A DNA stretch of 64,000 nucleotides from Candidatus Poribacteria bacterium (GTDB taxonomy: Bacteria; Poribacteria; WGA-4E; PCPOR2b): positions 4,192,001-4,256,000 of the forward strand of contig OZ242351.1 of the NCBI GenBank assembly GCA_965208675.1. The letters are read 5' to 3'. The position numbers and the translations under genes are program-made. The notes below the pieces were generated by a model, which saw only the letters and a program-made list of their open reading frames with translations, was not told the origin of the DNA and did no database searches. Shown piece after piece: positions 60,372-64,000 of this stretch. The number at the start of each line of letters is the position of its first letter. Position 1 is the first letter of the stretch.

Positions 60372-60578
60372 ATGGCAAGAAAAAAGAAGGGAAATGTTGC
60401 GAAACGACGTATAAAAGGACGAAATACAAGGAAGGAATTTGTGAAGGGTGTATAACCTATTTTGGATACACCGGATAACATCGCAAGGGCGTTGATCGGA
60501 ATTAAACGGAAAGAAAAAGAAGACGAAAACTCATGGGCGTTTCAGAAATGGGCACTATTAGACATCTTTCCAAAATAA
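60372..60578 (+). pseudogene. Small basic ORF interrupted by an in-frame TAA (60453-60455)
   Basis: MARKKK...EFVKGV*PILDTPDNIARALIG...; the sequence after the stop resembles a PI.DTP.NIARA motif I recall from small IS-associated ORFs (unverified). Confidence 0.4.
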
Positions 60579-60592
60579 TTCCACCGCCCGAT

Positions 60593-60832
60593 AGCCCCAG
60601 GCGGGATCTTCGATCGTCAAATCGAAGATAGTTTTTTCAGACAAATATAAATCACTGTTACACGTCAACATCTAGCCCCAGAGGGGCGGCAGGTGTGTAG
60701 AGACCACCCTTATATTGGGTTCATACGCTGTAGGGGCAACCCTTGTGGTTGCCCTTATCGCCGCACGAGTAGTCATAAGCCAAAGCCCCAGAGCGAATCT
60801 TCGTTCATCAAATCGAAGGTAGTCTTTTCAGA
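60593..60832. repeat. REP cluster: 49-bp direct repeats (60593-60641, 60784-60832) flanking AGCCCCAGAGGGGC and GTAGGGGCAACCCTTGTGGTTGCCC hairpins
   Basis: Read directly; the GTAG-headed palindrome at 60730-60755 is typical of REP elements. Confidence 0.7.
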
Positions 60833-60962
60833 TGTGTTTAGAAAACACATTTGACAATTTTCCAAAATATTTCCAGAGTCCGATGTCGCTTCAGTTTTGT
60901 CAACCACATTGAGTTAATTAGGAAAGATGTCTAATGAATCTTACAGGACCTGTACCGATTTC

Positions 60963-61988
60963 CTAGTGCGGCTTAAAGATGAAGATTCTCTCGACTTTGG
61001 AAACGTCGTCGTATTGAAAGTTAATTCCCTTTTTCCAATACCAGTGATTCTTGCCATCGTCTTTGATCTCCTCAGCGGGCCCAAATTCGGTTTCTACACG
61101 CTTGCGGGTACTTCCGATGCCGCTGCCGCCCAACGTTTTAGCTAAACTTGGCTTGTGGCGAACGAGCCTTATGATATCCCCTTCAAATGGCCTGTAGATA
61201 TGTATGCTCCGGACCTGACCGATTCCATCACCGGAAACGGATAACCCAATATCCCAATAATCAAGACCGCCAACTATTCCACCTTTTTTCTGGTCCGGTT
61301 TTCCGTACAGCGCTTTTACCCGATCAGATTCATCGCCCAACTGGATGCCAGCAGCTTCTTTCCCGGGCACAATTAGGGAGTTATTGACAATGACCTGTGC
61401 CGAATTTTCCACCGATTCGTTTATACCGTCGTCCACGGTTAACGTAACGGTTGTTGAATTCGAATCAAATGGGGCAGTCCATATCGTTGTCGGTGTATTC
61501 TCTGAACTAAGCAACCCCGCCGCTTCCCATTTGTAGGTCAGTGAATCCCTATCTAAGTCATCTGTTATCGCTTCAAGTTGTATACGTGCGCCAGCATGAA
61601 CTTTGTCCGGTACGAGGATTCGCTTGATAACAGGCGCTGAATTTTTTAGATTGATGGCGATCTTTTTTGATTTGACAGCCGATTCGTTCACACCGTCATG
61701 TGCGTGGACGACCACAACTGCGGATTTCGCATTGGTAGGGGCTGTCCATTTCACGACGCGCCCTATGGTTGAATCAAGTTTCCCTTCTTTTGCTTCCCAC
61801 ACGTAGCTCAACGCGTCGCCGTCTGCATCATGCGCGACGACCTGGAGTTCGACAGTGGCACCGGGTTCGACTGGTTCAGGCGCAACCACATGATCGATGA
61901 CAGGCGGGTTATTCTGGAGATCGGTGTCGTCTTCGCCGCATGCCAATATTGCGAACGAAATAACCAATAGTGTAATAATCGCCTTCAT
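60963..61988 (-). CDS. Lipoprotein with two PKD/Ig-like repeats and a C-terminal repeated alpha/beta domain (start ATG 61988)
   Basis: GGAGG RBS; lipobox ILAC; two N.PP.I...A.D.DGD.L.Y.W...WTAP repeats; GIQLGD...V.A.YG.P and GIGSTR..V...FG repeats. Confidence 0.8.
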   Translation of the reverse strand: MKAIITLLVISFAILACGEDDTDLQNNPPVIDHVVAPEPVEPGATVELQVVAHDADGDALSYVWEAKEGKLDSTIGRVVKWTAPTNAKSAVVVVHAHDGVNESAVKSKKIAINLKNSAPVIKRILVPDKVHAGARIQLEAITDDLDRDSLTYKWEAAGLLSSENTPTTIWTAPFDSNSTTVTLTVDDGINESVENSAQVIVNNSLIVPGKEAAGIQLGDESDRVKALYGKPDQKKGGIVGGLDYWDIGLSVSGDGIGQVRSIHIYRPFEGDIIRLVRHKPSLAKTLGGSGIGSTRKRVETEFGPAEEIKDDGKNHWYWKKGINFQYDDVSKVERIFIFKPH

Positions 61989-62107
61989 TGATGTTTGCCT
62001 CCTAACGAAAAGAATCGCTGTCCACGAAGAGCAACCGGAGCAGCGTGGGTTTAAGAAGGATTTCTGGATAAGTGTTCCGATATTGGTGTCCATACTTACG
62101 TTGCCGT

Positions 62108-62635
62108 TTACTTTTTCATATAACGTTGTTTTACGTCTTCCGCAGCTTGACTCCCCGAACGGAAATTTTGCAGCTGATCAATCGATGCACCTGCTTTAAT
62201 AAGCGCTTCAGCGGACGCAGCATAGCCGAACTCAATAGCAAGGCGCAGCGGTTCTCCATCATCGTTTAGTCCTTCCACCTTCGCGCCTGCCTCGACGAAA
62301 ATCTTGACTAAATCCGCCGCGGCGCCGGCATTGTGCGGATGAACACTGGTGACGAGGGACACCAAAGGCGTTGTTCCGCTCTTTCCATCCAGAAAAGTCG
62401 CATCAATCTCGCTGCCCGCCGCAATCAACGCCTTAGCAATCTCCGCGGCATTAATCGGCGTCCTCTGGCGTTCGTCCTCGACTCCGTTTGCCGATACGTA
62501 GTGCAGCAATGTGGCGCGATGGACTCTGGCGGAGCGTGTTTTAGCAAGATCTGAATTGGCGGCAAGCAACTCCGACAACTTCGTTACATCGCCGGCGATA
62601 ATAGCCTCGACAGCGGCTTCAAAGGTTGCATTCAT
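62108..62635 (-). CDS. Ankyrin-repeat protein
   Basis: TLLHYVSANGVE, LIAAGSEID, GTTPL, GEPLRLAIEFGY...AEALIKAGA. Confidence 0.85.
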   Translation of the reverse strand: MNATFEAAVEAIIAGDVTKLSELLAANSDLAKTRSARVHRATLLHYVSANGVEDERQRTPINAAEIAKALIAAGSEIDATFLDGKSGTTPLVSLVTSVHPHNAGAAADLVKIFVEAGAKVEGLNDDGEPLRLAIEFGYAASAEALIKAGASIDQLQNFRSGSQAAEDVKQRYMKK

Positions 62636-62809
62636 ATATCTGTCGCCTCACACGTAAAAAGTCTTGCGAATCTCTATTTGTAAAATTCGCGGTATTGACA
62701 GCTCAAACGTCCACATTTTTCCGCATTATAACGCCTTATAACGCGTATCCTCGGAGTCCAGCATTATTGTTGAGAAAAGATTTTGCATAAAAATTGAGAC
62801 GCAACCAAA

Positions 62810-63460
62810 TCATACCGGGGCATCCGTTTCAGCTTTTGACATCGTAATCTTGATTAATGCGCCGCCGGCAAGGATGAATCCTAGACTGCGTAGGATGATG
62901 TGCAGTTGAACATCAATTTGGGGGATGAAAAACCCAATCGGAAAAGCGGCAATTGCAAGCAGGAACAGATAGCCTGAAGGTTGATTCCAACCCTTAATCA
63001 GCGCCAAGCCGTAACATAAGGACATGAGAACCGCAAAGAACGCGCTTGTCCGCGAAAGCGCTTCCCAGAACTCTTCAGAAAAATGATAAATCAACATTGC
63101 GGTTTCACGTGATGGCGGTTTGTCGTATAATTCGCTCAGCGTACGCAGCGGTGCTGTTTGAGAGAGGTGTCCCACAATACCAATGCCAATCCACAGAAGA
63201 GCGAAACCGAGCCCTAAGTAACTGCGCGCCGACGCGCCCGATTTTAGCACCGCAAATAGAGCGAAGACTGCTGGCGTGATTAAGATGAGGCTGGCAACGC
63301 TAAAACCGTGTGCGGCGCCAACGAGTTTCAAATCTGGGCTTCCAAGATGCGCCGTGTGCGCATGAAACATGAAAAGATAGCTCGGCATGAACATCAAAAT
63401 GCCGCCGAGCAACCCTGAGATGCCGCCGACCAGATACAGTTCAGTTGGTCTGTTCTTCAA
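62810..63460 (-). CDS. Multi-pass membrane protein (DUF4386-like)
   Basis: About six hydrophobic segments; GGAGG RBS before the TTG start. Confidence 0.7.
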   Translation of the reverse strand: MKNRPTELYLVGGISGLLGGILMFMPSYLFMFHAHTAHLGSPDLKLVGAAHGFSVASLILITPAVFALFAVLKSGASARSYLGLGFALLWIGIGIVGHLSQTAPLRTLSELYDKPPSRETAMLIYHFSEEFWEALSRTSAFFAVLMSLCYGLALIKGWNQPSGYLFLLAIAAFPIGFFIPQIDVQLHIILRSLGFILAGGALIKITMSKAETDAPV

Positions 63461-63664
63461 AATCGGTACCTCCGTTTGAAAGACATGAGTTAACCGCGAA
63501 CTCGGAAATTAAGAAACCGTGGTAAAATCATCGGTTTCATGGCTTAGTCCAACTCTCCGAAATTAGTATTTGCTCTATTTTAGCATTTCCGCGATGTTGA
63601 TGAAAGACGTTTCTGCCGCCGCCCTTTGGGTATTAGACAGCCTAGGTTATAAAAAGCCAAATGT

Positions 63665-64000
63665 CTACCAGCGCGCCGGACCAGACGGAAACCCGTAAGG
63701 TTTGTAGTTACAATCCCTATTTCCTGATGGCCATGCCTGTCCGCCTATATACCTAAACTCATCAATTTTCCCGGAAAGCCAGTAGAACATACGCGCAGTC
63801 TCTATCGGTCCGTAAGTTGCCGAGTGGAAGTCAAAATCGGGTTCACGAACCCAATCCCGAACTGGCGGCTCGGTGCGCCAGTAGTTGTATTTCATCATAT
63901 GGCGCACCGCCGACCCCGTTGAGGCAGCACGGCGGTGCCAAATTGAATAGACCGTGATGAAAATTGACCCCGCGGGTGAAGCGGTTTTGACCCCATCTCG
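63665..64000 (-). CDS. C-terminal part of a probable PhyH-like dioxygenase; 5'-truncated by the window edge
   Basis: Frame is open to base 64000: ...PAGSIFITVYSIWHRR......R.M.KYNYWR, the distal His/Arg motif of PhyH-like proteins. Confidence 0.6.
   Translation of the reverse strand, partial: RDGVKTASPAGSIFITVYSIWHRRAASTGSAVRHMMKYNYWRTEPPVRDWVREPDFDFHSATYGPIETARMFYWLSGKIDEFRYIGGQAWPSGNRDCNYKPYGFPSGPARW

Noticed and set aside
60453-60455. Programmed stop-codon readthrough
   Set aside because: The codon is TAA (not Sec TGA or Pyl TAG) and lies in a decayed IS context; a nonsense mutation is simpler.
1-64000. tRNA, rRNA, intact transposase, prophage or defence system
   Set aside because: No cloverleaf/T-loop or rRNA signatures and no matching protein motifs were seen by eye.

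Overview
A 64-kb bacterial chromosomal segment of about 50% GC. The C-terminal FlgD-Ig/CTD signature (LLPNFPNPFNPETWIPY), PhyH dioxygenases, WD40/NHL/ankyrin/cadherin-like proteins and dense intergenic REP-like repeats suggest a Candidatus Poribacteria-like sponge symbiont (inference). Core genes: argJ-argB, pcm, a partial dcw cluster (murD-ftsW-murG-murC-ftsQ-like-ftsA, no ftsZ in the window), moxR, DUF58, potC-like, TrmH-family methylase, several peptidases and a sugar/acid-catabolism neighbourhood ending in rhaB. Most notable: (1) a putative sigma54 circuit at 30.5-44.1 kb, made of two soluble pseudo-receiver/multi-PAS histidine kinases, an NtrC-type activator, two -24/-12 promoters and a duplicated 180-bp palindrome-rich enhancer-like block upstream of a large Ig-repeat/WD40/CTD surface protein; (2) a MetF(MTHFR)-fold domain fused to a class I SAM-methyltransferase-like domain, both with altered motifs; (3) T9SS-like parts (C25/PorU-like protein, CTD cargo, PorV/FadL-like barrel fused to SppA); (4) an orphan perfect sigma70 promoter firing into a TCACA/TGTGA repeat block between convergent genes; (5) an IS-remnant patch carrying a complete small-protein transcription unit. 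I saw no rRNA, tRNA, CRISPR array or intact transposase. All calls come from motif recognition by eye; no searches were run.
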